A DNA stretch of 64,000 nt from the NCBI GenBank assembly GCA_965222115.1, contig CBDCTJ010000001.1:64001-128000 (forward strand), in the 5' to 3' direction. This DNA is from Planctomycetota bacterium. GTDB taxonomy: Bacteria > Planctomycetota > PLA2 > JAEUHO01. The first letter of the stretch is position 1; every line of letters begins with the position of its first letter. Both the position numbers and the translations under genes were made by a program. Positions 27,756-40,800 of this stretch are shown here, one piece after another. The notes under the pieces are model-generated. The model worked only from the letters and a program-made list of their open reading frames with translations. It did not search any database and was not told where the DNA came from.

Positions 27756-29277
27756 AGAAATCACCTCCGTCATCCGCAAAGAACTCGAAGAGTTCGATGC
27801 CCACGTAGATGTCGCCGAAGTCGGCACTGTCTTGGAAGTGGGTGACGGTATCGCCCGCATCTATGGCCTGGAGCGCGCGGGCGCGGGTGAAATGCTCGAA
27901 TTCGAAAACGGTGCGCGGGCCCAGGTCTTCAACCTGGAAGAGGGCTCGATTGGTGCCGTCGTATTCGGCGATGACCAAGACCTCAAGGAGGGCATGACGG
28001 TACGTCGTACGGGCAAATTGCTCGATATGCCCGTGGGCGAGGCCATGATTGGTCGTGTGGTCAACGCGCTGGGCGAGCCGCTCGACGGCAAGGGCCCCAT
28101 CAATACCACCGCCCGTCGTGAGATGGAGTTGATTGCGCCCGGCATCGCCGATCGCCAACCTGTAAAGCAGCCGCTGCAAACAGGTATCAAGGCCATCGAC
28201 GCCATGACGCCCATCGGTCGCGGTCAGCGTGAGTTGATCATTGGCGACCGTAAGACTGGCAAGACGGCCATCGCCGTAGACACCATCATCAATCAGAAGT
28301 CAGAAGATGTGACGTGTGTCTATGTGGCCGTGGGTCAGAAGGACTCCACCATTGCCGGCGTGGTTGCCGACCTCGAAGCCGCAGGTGCCATGGACTACAC
28401 CACCGTCGTTGTGGCTGGTGCCAGCGACCCGGCGCCCATGCAATACATCGCGCCGTATGCCGGTTGCGCCATCGCTGAAGAGCAGATGTACAAGCACGGT
28501 AAGCACACGCTTGTGGTGTATGACGACTTGAGCAAGCAGGCCGTTGCCTACCGCCAGTTGTCACTCCTACTTCGTCGTCCTCCGGGTCGTGAAGCCTATC
28601 CCGGCGACGTCTTCTACTTGCACAGCCGCTTGCTTGAGCGCGCCGTGAAGTTGAGCGACGACCTCGGTGGCGGCTCATTGACGGCGCTGCCCATCATCGA
28701 AACGCAGGAAGGTGAGGTCTCGGCCTACATCCCCACCAACGTGATTTCGATTACCGATGGTCAGATCTACTTGCAGCCCGACTTGTTCCGCGCCAATGTG
28801 CGACCCGCCGTCGACGTGGGTATCTCGGTTTCGCGTGTGGGTGGCTCGGCGCAGGTAAAGGCCATGAAGCACAAAAAGGTGGCGGGTGGTTTGCGACTCA
28901 ACCTCGCCGCCTTCCGTGAGCTCGAGGCCTTCGCGCAGTTGGGTACCGATCTCGACGCCACCACACAGGCACAGCTCGACCGCGGGTTCCGCATGGTTGA
29001 GATCTTGAAGCAGCCGCAATACAAACCGCTGGATGTGATGGACCAGGTCATCATCATTTATGCCGGTGCCAATGGCTTCCTCGATAATGTGGAGTTGAAA
29101 GACGTGGCCCGTTACGAGCAAGAAGTCCACGCCTACTTCCGCGACAACCACGCTGAGTTCCGCAACAAACTCGACGAGGAAAAGAGCCTCGACGAAGACA
29201 CCGAAACCGAGCTCAAGCGCGTCTTGGGTCTATTCACCGACGCGTTCGTGAAGGGCACGAGTCCCGATCCGCGTTAG
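27739..29277 (+). CDS. atpA: F1 alpha subunit
   Basis: [49 protein letters not shown]. Confidence 0.98.
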   Translation: MRFNPEEITSVIRKELEEFDAHVDVAEVGTVLEVGDGIARIYGLERAGAGEMLEFENGARAQVFNLEEGSIGAVVFGDDQDLKEGMTVRRTGKLLDMPVGEAMIGRVVNALGEPLDGKGPINTTARREMELIAPGIADRQPVKQPLQTGIKAIDAMTPIGRGQRELIIGDRKTGKTAIAVDTIINQKSEDVTCVYVAVGQKDSTIAGVVADLEAAGAMDYTTVVVAGASDPAPMQYIAPYAGCAIAEEQMYKHGKHTLVVYDDLSKQAVAYRQLSLLLRRPPGREAYPGDVFYLHSRLLERAVKLSDDLGGGSLTALPIIETQEGEVSAYIPTNVISITDGQIYLQPDLFRANVRPAVDVGISVSRVGGSAQVKAMKHKKVAGGLRLNLAAFRELEAFAQLGTDLDATTQAQLDRGFRMVEILKQPQYKPLDVMDQVIIIYAGANGFLDNVELKDVARYEQEVHAYFRDNHAEFRNKLDEEKSLDEDTETELKRVLGLFTDAFVKGTSPDPR

Positions 29278-29330
29278 CCGGTTTCTCACGTTCACAAGTT
29301 CACAAAGCTTTCACCTACATCTGAGGCCCT

Positions 29331-30191
29331 ATGGCAAAGCCCCGCGCCATTCTCAAGCGACGCAAAGCCGTTCAGAACATCTCCAAGATCACCAAGACGA
29401 TGCAGATGATCGCCACGGCCAAGTTCAAACGCGCCAATGACCGCGCGGTTGCCGCGCGTCCCTACACGGACAAGCTCACCACGCTCATTGGCGAGTTGTC
29501 GGCGGCGGCAGGTGACTTCCACCACCCGCTAATGGACGCCCGCGAACCCGAGCGGGTCGCCGTCCTCGTCGTTAGCAGCAATCGTGGCTTGTGCGGCGGC
29601 TACAACAGCTCCATCGCCAAGGTATTGGCGGGCACACAAGAGGCCATCAACGAGCGGGGCCTTCCGACCGAACTGCACGCGTGTGGCAAGAAGATCAAGA
29701 GCATCTTGAAGTTTCGCGGGATCGACACGGACAGCTTTCACGACCACTTTGAAGACAAGCCCACGTTTGAAGAGGTGGATGCCATCGCCTCCGAGTTTAT
29801 CGAGCGCTACATCGCGGGTGAGATCGACGAGTTGCACGTTGTGTACACCAAGTTCAAGTCGGCGGCACGCCAAACGGCCGTGTCTGAGCAGGTGCTCCCG
29901 TTGAAGCAACCCGAACAAGCCGACGGCGGGGCACCCGACTACATCTATCACCCGGACGCCACGTCGATTTTGAGCGACTTGTTGCCGCGCAGTGTGCGCC
30001 TGCACTTGTTTCAGGCGTTCCTCGATGCCGCCGTGAGTGAACAGACCGCGCGCATGGTGGCTATGAAGGCCGCCACCGACAACGCGGGCGAGATGATCAA
30101 GGATTTGACGATGCTCTACAACCGCAGTCGTCAGACCCTCATCACCACCGAACTTTCCGAAATCATCGGCGGAGCCGCGGCGCTTGAGTAA
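29331..30191 (+). CDS. atpG: F1 gamma subunit
   Basis: KITKTMQMIA, NRGLCGGYN, SEQTARMVAMKAATDNA, ITTELSEI. Confidence 0.97.
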   Translation: MAKPRAILKRRKAVQNISKITKTMQMIATAKFKRANDRAVAARPYTDKLTTLIGELSAAAGDFHHPLMDAREPERVAVLVVSSNRGLCGGYNSSIAKVLAGTQEAINERGLPTELHACGKKIKSILKFRGIDTDSFHDHFEDKPTFEEVDAIASEFIERYIAGEIDELHVVYTKFKSAARQTAVSEQVLPLKQPEQADGGAPDYIYHPDATSILSDLLPRSVRLHLFQAFLDAAVSEQTARMVAMKAATDNAGEMIKDLTMLYNRSRQTLITTELSEIIGGAAALE

Positions 30192-30223
30192 GGCGCGCGA
30201 CTCTTTCGATTCACCAGTATTGA

Positions 30224-31696
<1,473 letters not shown>

Positions 31697-31700
31697 CCTC

Positions 31701-32114
31701 ATGAGCGACGGCACACTCCAAGTTTCAGTCGTTACGCCCGAGGGCGCGGCATTCGATGGTGCCGCCACCAGTGTCGTTGCGCCTGCATTTGACGGTGAGG
31801 TGGCCTTTTTCAATGGGCACGCACCATTCGTGGGCATGTTGGGCGAAGGCGAACTCCGCGTCCAACCCGCGAGCGGAGGGGCCACCGAACGCTACTTTCT
31901 CACGGGCGGCGTCGTCCAAGTGCGCGACAACGTTGTAACGATTCTTGCCGAGGCCGTTGCCGACGCCGATTCGATTGATGTCGAAGAAGCCACCAAGAAC
32001 CTAGCGACGATTCAAGCCGAAAACGCCGTTGGCGAAGAAGCGCTCGACCGCCGCGAATCACGCGCACGCGTCGAGCGCGCTCGCATTCGCGTTGGAAGCA
32101 ATACAACTCACTAG
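31701..32114 (+). CDS. atpC: F1 epsilon subunit
   Basis: VVTPE, GHAP, GGVVQV..N.VTILAE. Confidence 0.94.
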   Translation: MSDGTLQVSVVTPEGAAFDGAATSVVAPAFDGEVAFFNGHAPFVGMLGEGELRVQPASGGATERYFLTGGVVQVRDNVVTILAEAVADADSIDVEEATKNLATIQAENAVGEEALDRRESRARVERARIRVGSNTTH

Positions 32115-32144
32115 ACCGGTTCAGTAGCGATTGGGGTGTGATCT

Positions 32145-32612
32145 TTGAGCACCGAACAGAGCCTTCAAGATCGCTACGCACCCAAGAACGCTTGTTTCGG
32201 CTGCGGCCCGGCCAACGAAAAGGGCCTGCAGCTCAAGAGCATCGTTAGGGGCGACGTTGTCGTATGCGACTGGCAACCCGCCAAACACCACGAAGCGTTC
32301 GACAACATGCTCAACGGCGGCATCTGTGGTGCCCTGCTCGACTGCCACAGCAACTGGACCGCCGCGTATCACTTGATGAAAGCGTCCAACGAGTTGATTC
32401 CACCCTGCACCGTCACCGCCGAGTTTCACGTCAAACTCAAACGTCCCACCCCCACCAATCAACCGGTTCATCTCGAAGCCACCTTGGTGGAACTCAAAGG
32501 AAGCCGCGCGGTCATCGAAGCCACGCTTTCGTCAGGCGAGCACGTGACGGCAACGTGCAGGGGAACGTTTGTTGCGGTGAAGCCAGGACATCCTGCATAT
32601 CACAGGTGGTAG
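32145..32612 (+). CDS. PaaI-family hot-dog thioesterase
   Basis: CFGCGPANEKGL, NGGICGALLDCH, VKLKRPTP; TTG start. Confidence 0.88.
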   Translation: MSTEQSLQDRYAPKNACFGCGPANEKGLQLKSIVRGDVVVCDWQPAKHHEAFDNMLNGGICGALLDCHSNWTAAYHLMKASNELIPPCTVTAEFHVKLKRPTPTNQPVHLEATLVELKGSRAVIEATLSSGEHVTATCRGTFVAVKPGHPAYHRW

Positions 32613-32615
32613 GCC

Positions 32616-32855
32616 GATACTGTGTCAGGGACGAATTCACACTTTTCGTGGAGTGTGAGCGGGTTCTGTGTGGTCGTACGCAATTCATCTCACACAGAGA
32701 CGCCAAGTTGCAGAGGCGCAGAGAGCGCAAGCGTTAGGGGGAGCCGCTTGGTGAGAGCAGGCGTGGTTGGTTGTGGTGCGCTTCTTGGAAGAAGAAGGCT
32801 CTCACGAAGAACACTAAGATCACCAAGCGCAACCGTGTTGCGGGGAATATCCGGT
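32616..32855. repeat. Copy of dispersed repeat family (partners 42480-42610 and 53781-54160)
   Basis: GATACTGTGTCAGGGACGAATTCACACTTTT end motif; internal GAGAGCGCAAGCGTT...AAGAAGAAGGCTCT...AGATCACCAAGCGC shared with 53860-53975. Confidence 0.8.
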
Positions 32856-33548
32856 GAAGTCGTTTATATCCGCGCGCAAAGAAGCGGAGACCGCAGAGGC
32901 GCAAGCGACGGGGAACGAAACTTGCAAATACGCGGAACGGATTTCAATCGGTTCGACTCTTGGCGGATCTCACTAAGATAATCAACGTCCTCGCCGGTTG
33001 CGTTCCGCAACACTGTCAACGGCCTCGCAGGGGCCACGGAACAATAGCCCGGGGCGAGCATAGCGAAGCGACGCGCAGCCCTGGGTTTGCGTTCACACCC
33101 AAACATTCCGCCCTGTATGGGCGGCGGAAGCGCGGTTCCTGCAGCAGCACTCGCACATCGACATACATCCGTGACTCCGCATGTGCATCCGCAGTGGCTC
33201 GTGTAACGCACGCGTGTTGGTTGTGTCACGCTGCATGTTGCCTAGGAAACGGCTACACAAACGCCGTTCCAAACGCGCAAAGCCGCAAGCAGGCTAGCGT
33301 TGGACGTGTTTGACGCGTCGTTCATACAAGATGTGCTCCTAAGAACACGGGTTGATTTACTGCGAAAATCGTTGCGAATTTACGCGCCACCGGCCGCGCA
33401 TGTCTCTAGTGTCGATTTTGCGCTGTCGAGAAGCACGCGCGAGTCGCCGTGTTCCTCGTTTTCTCCGCAACGAGCGACAGTCACACATATTGGGGTACGT
33501 ATCCGCGCCAATCGCGGAGTGGATAGCTTCCCCGGTTAGGGGACACAG

Positions 33549-34784
33549 ATGACCAACGATACATTGGATAAGAAGGGGAATCGCGAGCCAAAGCAAGACC
33601 ACGAGCGTGAAGTTGGTTCCTCGGGTCGCGTTGATCGCGCGCAGAAGGTGAGGCGCGCTGCACCTGTCGCCGGTGTGATGCTTGTTGCGCTTGTAGCGGC
33701 GGTGATTACCGCGGCACCCACGCCGTATGAAGCTGATTTGGCGCTTTTGTCGAATGTCGATGCTCAGAAGCGCCAAGACGCGAGCGATCGTCTGGGAAAG
33801 GGAGGTAGCAAGCAGGCCACAAAGCTCTTGGACGAACTTGCAGGCAAACACTCCGCCGTCACACGCGCCGGTCTTGTGCGCTCTCTTTCAAAGCTACCTG
33901 TGGGTGGTGATCACGTGAGCGCACTTCGCGATCTCTTGGCGAGCGATAATGTGAACATTGCAGCCAGCGCAGCGCTGATTCTTCAGAAGGCGCCTAAGGC
34001 ACGCGACAAGCTTGTTGCCGAACTTGCGAATGTTCTTGCCGATGATCGGGTAGCCGATGGTGTCAAGGCTCGTGCAGCGCGTGCGCTCAAGGGAATCACC
34101 GGTACGGGCGCGAAGGCCCTGGAGGCCGCAGCCGCAAGTTCGGGGCTCACTAAGCTTGCCGCCATTCGCACGCTTGGGTTCATTCCAACGTCTGGCCCCG
34201 GCAAGCTCGCATCGATCGCCACGGATGAAAAACGCGAAGATCGAGATCGAGTTCTCGCGATGCGTTCTCTTGGTGAAGTCACGGGCAGCAACGCGAGTTC
34301 TGCTTCTTCCCAACTCAAGACGCTCGTGAAGAACACGTCGGGGTTTGTGCGCGAGCACGCCACAGCAGCACTTAGTGCGAGGGGCGAGTCTGGAAACACC
34401 TCGACGTTCGTCACGCTTGCGAAAGACAAAGACGCGCGCGTTCGGCTGGAAGCACTTCGCGCCATTCAGAAGGCGAAGGCAGTTTCAAGCGAGAAATCCA
34501 CGGTCAAGACGCTGCTATCCGATTCGGATGTTCGCGTGCAAGAACTTGCCTTGCGTCTCGCGGCCGCTGAGAAGCCGTGGGACTTGTCCGATGTCAAGAG
34601 CACATTCGTTTCCGAGCTTGGTTCCAAGAACTTCAAGATCCGTCTCGGTGCTGCCTTAGCGCTTGCCGCGTATGGCGACAAGGGCGGGCTTCAAACCATG
34701 AAGACCGACAAGGATTCATCCACCAAATCCGTCGCGGCCCAAGCCAAGGCCGCGTACGACCTCATTGACAAAATCGAAGAGTAG
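33549..34784 (+). CDS. Exported HEAT-repeat protein immediately upstream of Rhs copy 2
   Basis: Hydrophobic signal/anchor; HEAT repeats (VREHATAAL, DKDARVRLEALRAI, DSDVRVQELAL, KIRLGAALAL). Confidence 0.85.
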   Translation: MTNDTLDKKGNREPKQDHEREVGSSGRVDRAQKVRRAAPVAGVMLVALVAAVITAAPTPYEADLALLSNVDAQKRQDASDRLGKGGSKQATKLLDELAGKHSAVTRAGLVRSLSKLPVGGDHVSALRDLLASDNVNIAASAALILQKAPKARDKLVAELANVLADDRVADGVKARAARALKGITGTGAKALEAAAASSGLTKLAAIRTLGFIPTSGPGKLASIATDEKREDRDRVLAMRSLGEVTGSNASSASSQLKTLVKNTSGFVREHATAALSARGESGNTSTFVTLAKDKDARVRLEALRAIQKAKAVSSEKSTVKTLLSDSDVRVQELALRLAAAEKPWDLSDVKSTFVSELGSKNFKIRLGAALALAAYGDKGGLQTMKTDKDSSTKSVAAQAKAAYDLIDKIEE

Positions 34785-34840
34785 GGCGCAACGCATCACC
34801 GAAAACCATCAAGCAAGGTGTGAGCGAGATTGGGGTAGAC

Positions 34841-37800
34841 ATGGCCAGCAAGAACAGAAACAGTCGAAAGCGTTCAAAGAAGGACAGCCGCCCGGAAACA
34901 CCTCGCCCATGGGTGCATACGCCTCTGGGGCTGGTTGCCGTAGGGCTTGCAACCTACGCTCTGGCATTCCTCGTGCTAACCGGTGGTCGTCGCATTCTTG
35001 CTGAGGCGGCGCCTCCAAGTCCGATCGTCATCACCGACTTCGGAATGAAGGACACGAGCACCACAGGAAATCCAAAGGAGTCGTACAACTTGGCCGGGCA
35101 GGCTGGCGGCATCTACCAGGTCGATAACGCGAACCGCCATGCGGTTTCGTTCACGTCACTAAAGCCCGCCCACTCCAACAACGCGGTTCAGCAGATTGAC
35201 TTGGATAAGACTTCCGGGGATGTCATCTACGGTGCGAGCAACGGTGAGATTGTTCGCGTTGACATGACGACCAACACGTCAACCACTGTCGGAACGGTTT
35301 CGGGTGCAGATTTCAAGGTAGCCGCGGCCGACAACAACTCCTCAAGTGTGGATGCCTGGGCGATCGACGCGAATACCAACTCGCTTTATGAGTTCAAGTC
35401 CAGTGGTCCGTCGGTACTCGGTAATCCCTCGTTTGGTCAGGGTCCAACCGAACTGGCCGGCCCCAAGCCCGGTAACAACAACGTCGTCGCTTTGGGAGAC
35501 GGTTCGGCTGAGATCTATCGTCTCGATGTGACGCTCTTAGTTGACTACGACGACACGTTTGCCGGTACCAATGTCGAGCCGACGGGTCTTGCGGTGGCCG
35601 ACGCAGACTATTGTTACGTCTCGATCAATGACGGCTCGACAGCAAAGGTCTTGCAGGTTGACTTGCGGGCATCGACCTTCGGTTTTGTGACGCCTGTTAT
35701 GGGCACGTACTCAAACGTGAGTGCGGTGGACATTTCTGTTGCCGGTCCATGGGTCACCGTACTCATGTCGGATAGCGCGAACAACGAGACGACCGCGCGC
35801 GTGTTTGATGTCGGCGTTCCAAGTTCGCCGCTTTACGTGGGCAGCGTGGACTTGTCGTTGGGCTACCAAGCCTACGGCGGGTTGACCACTTCGCTTATTG
35901 GCGGGGAGACCTATGACGATCTCGAATTTGTTTGGGCAAACGCCACCCAAGACATGAGCGTGACGACTGGACGAGATGTTGACAACGAATGGACCTATGG
36001 GACTGCGACAACGGTTGCTTCCGGCTTAAATCCTGTCGTGACACCCGCAGCGCCGGGATCACACAATCAAGCGGCGCTCGGCTGCTGCGGGCCTTGTCCA
36101 CCCTGGGGGCCCGAGGGCCAAGGCGAAGTTCGTCACAACGGCACGTGCGGCACAGCCACGATGTTTCCGGGTGGGGCAAGTGGCGGAGGCAGGATTCAGG
36201 GAAGCACGGGAGGTGCGTTGTCAATCTGCTCACTCGGCTCTTTCCCAGGCAGAGGCAAAGGTCTAGAGATTGAGCTGACCTATCGGTCACGTAGTAACTT
36301 TCCATATCGATACGGGAACGGGTGCAATCTCAGCCAGGATGTCCGCCTCAAGACCGAGACAAACGGCGACCTGACGTTTCAAAGTGCGTATGGACGCATG
36401 GATACGTATGTAAGCAACGGTGCGGGCGGATTCGTGAGCCCCCGACATTACGACACTACGCTAGTTGCGAGCGGGTCGGGGCATACGATCACGGATCGAT
36501 TTGGCCAGACAGCTACATTCGACGCGAATGGATACAGAACCAGTCTGGCGGACAGATATGGCAACACTCACACGTTTACCTATTCTTCAGACAAGCTGAC
36601 GAAGATCACAGATTCACTTGGCCGGATCTACAATTTTAATTACGACACCACGGGCCGACTTTCAAGCGTAGTAGACTTCGGCGGGCGAACGTGGACACTC
36701 AAGTATGATTACATTGGCAATCTGCGGCAACTGACAACTCCCGCATCTGCTCAGTTTCCTAACGGCCGTACAACCACATACTCATATTCGCCAAGGAACG
36801 CGGACTCCCGGCTCCAGGGCAACTTGATTCATGTAGAGAACCCCGGCGATGAGGTTGTGCAGACTCTGAAGTACAATGAGCACGACATGGTCGTTGAAGA
36901 AGTTCGAGGCGACACTTCGAAGATCATCAGTTATGACATCACGAACAACCAGACGACCTTCGTAGACCATGCGAGGAATACGACGCGATGGACTTTTGAC
37001 GCGAACGCGATGGTGACTGAGACGAAGATTTACACCAAGGGCCTGAGAACCGGGGAACCTACAGCGTTCACAACCGCATACACAATCGATTCAGTATCAG
37101 GATTTGTTAAGGCCGTCGTGTACCCGCGCGGCAACCGAACCGACTACACATATGACAGCTCCCTCAATCTCACTGAGGTCCGGCACCGGACGACGGACAC
37201 CAGCACCAACAGCGGCACGGATCTCGTTACCTCGTACCAGTACACGGCCCAATACAACCAAATGAGCCAAGTGACCGACCCCAAGGGCAACGTCACGTCC
37301 ATGACGGTTGATTCCTCTGGGAACACGACGGCCGTATCGCGACCTGCGGTCACGCAGCCGACGAGCCAGTCCATCGCAGAGACTTTTGCATACGATTCCT
37401 ACGGGCGCATCACGTCGGCAACCGATGCGGAGAGTCGCGTAACGAATTTTGTGTATTACACATCTGGTTCCCAAAATGGATACTTGCACAAAGTCATTCG
37501 TGATCCTGACGGGCTCTCGATCACCACGACGTTCCAATATGATCAGTATGGAAACGTAACCTCTGTAACAGACCCGAGTGGTGCCACGACGACCATCACG
37601 GTGGACGCCGAAAACTTTGTTACACAGATACAAGCGCCTACGCCGCTTAACTACAAACGCAAGTTCACCTACGATGCCAATCGAAATCTCACGCTGCTTG
37701 AAACGGAGAACCGCGACAAAGACGGCACGCTCGATCCCACCACGCCCTGGATTGAGACAAGTTATACGTACAACGAGATGGGCTGGCGTTTGACTGCCAC

Positions 37801-40800
37801 CCAAGATCTGACGTCGTCAAGTCAAGCGGTAACGACATATGAGTACGACGGCGAGGGCAAGGTCACCAAAATTCAAAGCCCGACGGGCGAAGAGACGAAG
37901 ATCGAGTACGACGAGCGAGCGTTGCTTTTCAAGCTCACGCGGGGCTACGGCGCGGCTGAAGCCTCGACGATTCAAGTGGACTACGATGCCAACGGCAATC
38001 GCAGCAAGACGATCAATGGCGAAGGCGACGCGACGAATTTCACGTACGATCTCTTTGACCGCGCCACGAAGCGAACGAACGCGCTGAGTCACTATGTTTC
38101 TTGGACCTACGATAAGAACGGAAACGTCCTGACGGCGGCAGCCTACAACGCCTCGAACGTGCTTCAGGCCAAGACGACGAATCATTTTGACGAAGTGAAC
38201 CGGATCTGGAAGCGTGTTCAGGATCGATTTGGCTCGGGCCTCACGCCGAGTTACCCGACGGTCACCATCCAGCACGATAAGACGGGTCGCGTCACCGAGA
38301 TCAAAGATCCGCTCAACAATAAGACGACCTATTCATACGACACTGCAGGACGCCAGACCAAGGTCCAAGACGCCGTTGGAAACGAAACCGAGTGGGTCCT
38401 CGATGCGCGCGGGCAAGCCACCAAGATCAAGCGCAAGGACATTCCTACGGCAGGCGGTTCCGAAACGTTTGAAACCGAGTTTGTCTACGATGCCCTGGGC
38501 CGCCTAACCTCCAAGCGCGAGATCGACCGGCTCAACGCTTCAAACATTTTGACGACGAATTTTTCGTATGACAGCCGCGAAAATTTGACCTTCCGAGTAG
38601 ACGCCGAAGGGAATCCTGTTCGTTGGGCGTACGACCTCGCGAATCGCCAGACGAGCTATGAGCGCGCGCTTGCTATTGGCACGTCGATTGACGATTTCAC
38701 CAATAGCATACTTGAGACAGCGAGCTTTGACGCCTCGGGCCGATTGACGTCGGTGACTGACGACAATCTGAACACGACGTCCTATTCTTATGACGCCCTT
38801 TCGCGCGTGTTCAAGACGACCTTTGCCGACACGAAGTTCGTGACCCGAACTTTCGATAAGAACGATCGCGTCAAGACGTGGACGGATCAGAACGGCACCG
38901 TGGTTACCAATACCTATGACATGCTGAGTCGTCTGACTTCGCGCACGGTCAATCGCGCCACCGGTGTCTTGGGAACGACGTCGGAGACCTATTCCTACGA
39001 TGCGCTAAACCGCATGCTCACCGCGAAAGACAATGACTATGAGGTGCAGTTCACGTATGACAGCGTGGGCAACGAGCTGAAGGAAACGCAGGGCTACACA
39101 GTGACAGGTCAAGAGAAGTGGCGCACCGTCACCTCGACGTATACCGACGCGGGCTCGCGTAGCGCGATTCAGTATCCGAGTGCCTTCAGTGTGCTTCACC
39201 AACGCGACGCCATCTACCGCATGACGGCCATGGTAGATTCCGCGGCCTCCACCAACATCGCGAGTTTCACATTCCAGGGCGCAGGCCGCCTTGCCAAGAC
39301 AACCAACCAGAACTCGACCACGACGGACCACGGGTACGACGGCTTTGCGCGTCTCTCGCAGCTCGATCACAAGAACGGCTCGGCTCAGAGCTTCCACACA
39401 TTCGACTACTTGTATGACAAAGTCCACAACCGTCGGATGGAGAAGAACTCGTTCAACGCCACCTGGATCGGCTCGTTACCGACCGGGATCCAGCCCTTCC
39501 TGAATGCGCGAAACGGCAAGGGCGATGTCTATGCCTACGATATGGCCTACCGCATGGTGGACACGCGTTACGACGTAACCAATCCCGCAACGGAGGTGGG
39601 CACACCCGGTTCGCAGACTTACGTCACCAAGCAAGTCTACACGCTCGATGGCCTCGGCAACCGCAGCCAAACGCAGCAGACTCCGTGGGGCGGCTCAGCC
39701 ACAACAGTTGCTTACTCGTTCAATGCGATGAATGAGTACACGGCGATTGGCGGTACTTCGCGCACACACGATAGCAACGGCAATCTGACGGACGACGGCA
39801 CGCAGACTTACCACTACGATTACAAAAATCGCTTGGTCGAGGTGCGGGTCAGCGGATCGAGCACAGTTGTAGCGAAGTACAAGTACGACGCGCTTGGGCG
39901 GCGGGTTGAGAAGCACGTTGTTTCAGGCGCCGTGACTACGCGCTTCATTCTCGATGGCCAAGATATCGTCGAGGAGTTTGACGGGAACAACACGTGGCTC
40001 GCGCGTTACTTCCACGAGGATCGTATTGATCACCCGCGAGCGATGGACCGGGCGGACATTTCAGATGTGGATGGGGACAGCAATACGTCGGAGATTCTGC
40101 GGTTTACGTATCACCAGAATGCGCTAGGAAACGTGAGCGAGATTTCCGCGCCTGGTGGTGGCGTCGTTGAGTGGGTGACGTATGACGTCTACGGGAAGGC
40201 GACCGTTCGAAACTCGGCGGGGACGACGCAGGGGTCGAGCTATGTAGGAAATCCGTTCCTGTTCACGGGGCGGGAGCTCGACGCTGAGTCGGGAATGTAT
40301 CACTATCGTGCGAGGGCGTACGATCCTGAAGCTGGAAGATTCTTGCAGAGGGATCCACTTGGATATGTGGATGGTCTGGGGTTGCACGAGTATTGTAGTT
40401 CGTCTCCCGGCACGCTTGTTGATCCAAGTGGCCGCGCCGACAAAAGACCGTCTAGGGATGAGCTGAAGAAGATGTCAGCTACCGCGAAGGGGAAAGTCGC
40501 GGCAAAGGCTGCGCGTGACGCCATCAAGAAAAAAATTGAAACTCTTAATAAGGCCAAGGGAGATCTTCAAAAGGCGATTGACGCCGCTGCCGACGCGCTA
40601 TGGGAAGCTGCGCAACAGGACGAGGAGTGGAAGAAAAAGCACAAGGGAAAGAAGCCGGAATGCTGGACTCGAAGTTCTCTGAAGAAGGCCGGGTTAAAGC
40701 CAAGCGATGCTCTCAAAAAACTCCTCGATCAGCTAGACGCGCTCGAAAAGAAGTTGGCCGCAGCGCAAGCGGATCTCGTGAACGCGGAGAAGGAGGTGAG

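Noticed and set aside
29285-29315. TTCAC(A) micro-repeats between atpA and atpG
   Set aside because: Too short and degenerate to assign a function
32860-33548. Small ORFs or a riboswitch upstream of the HEAT-Rhs operon
   Set aside because: ORFs lack RBS and motifs; short hairpins near 33245-33305 match no riboswitch consensus I can support
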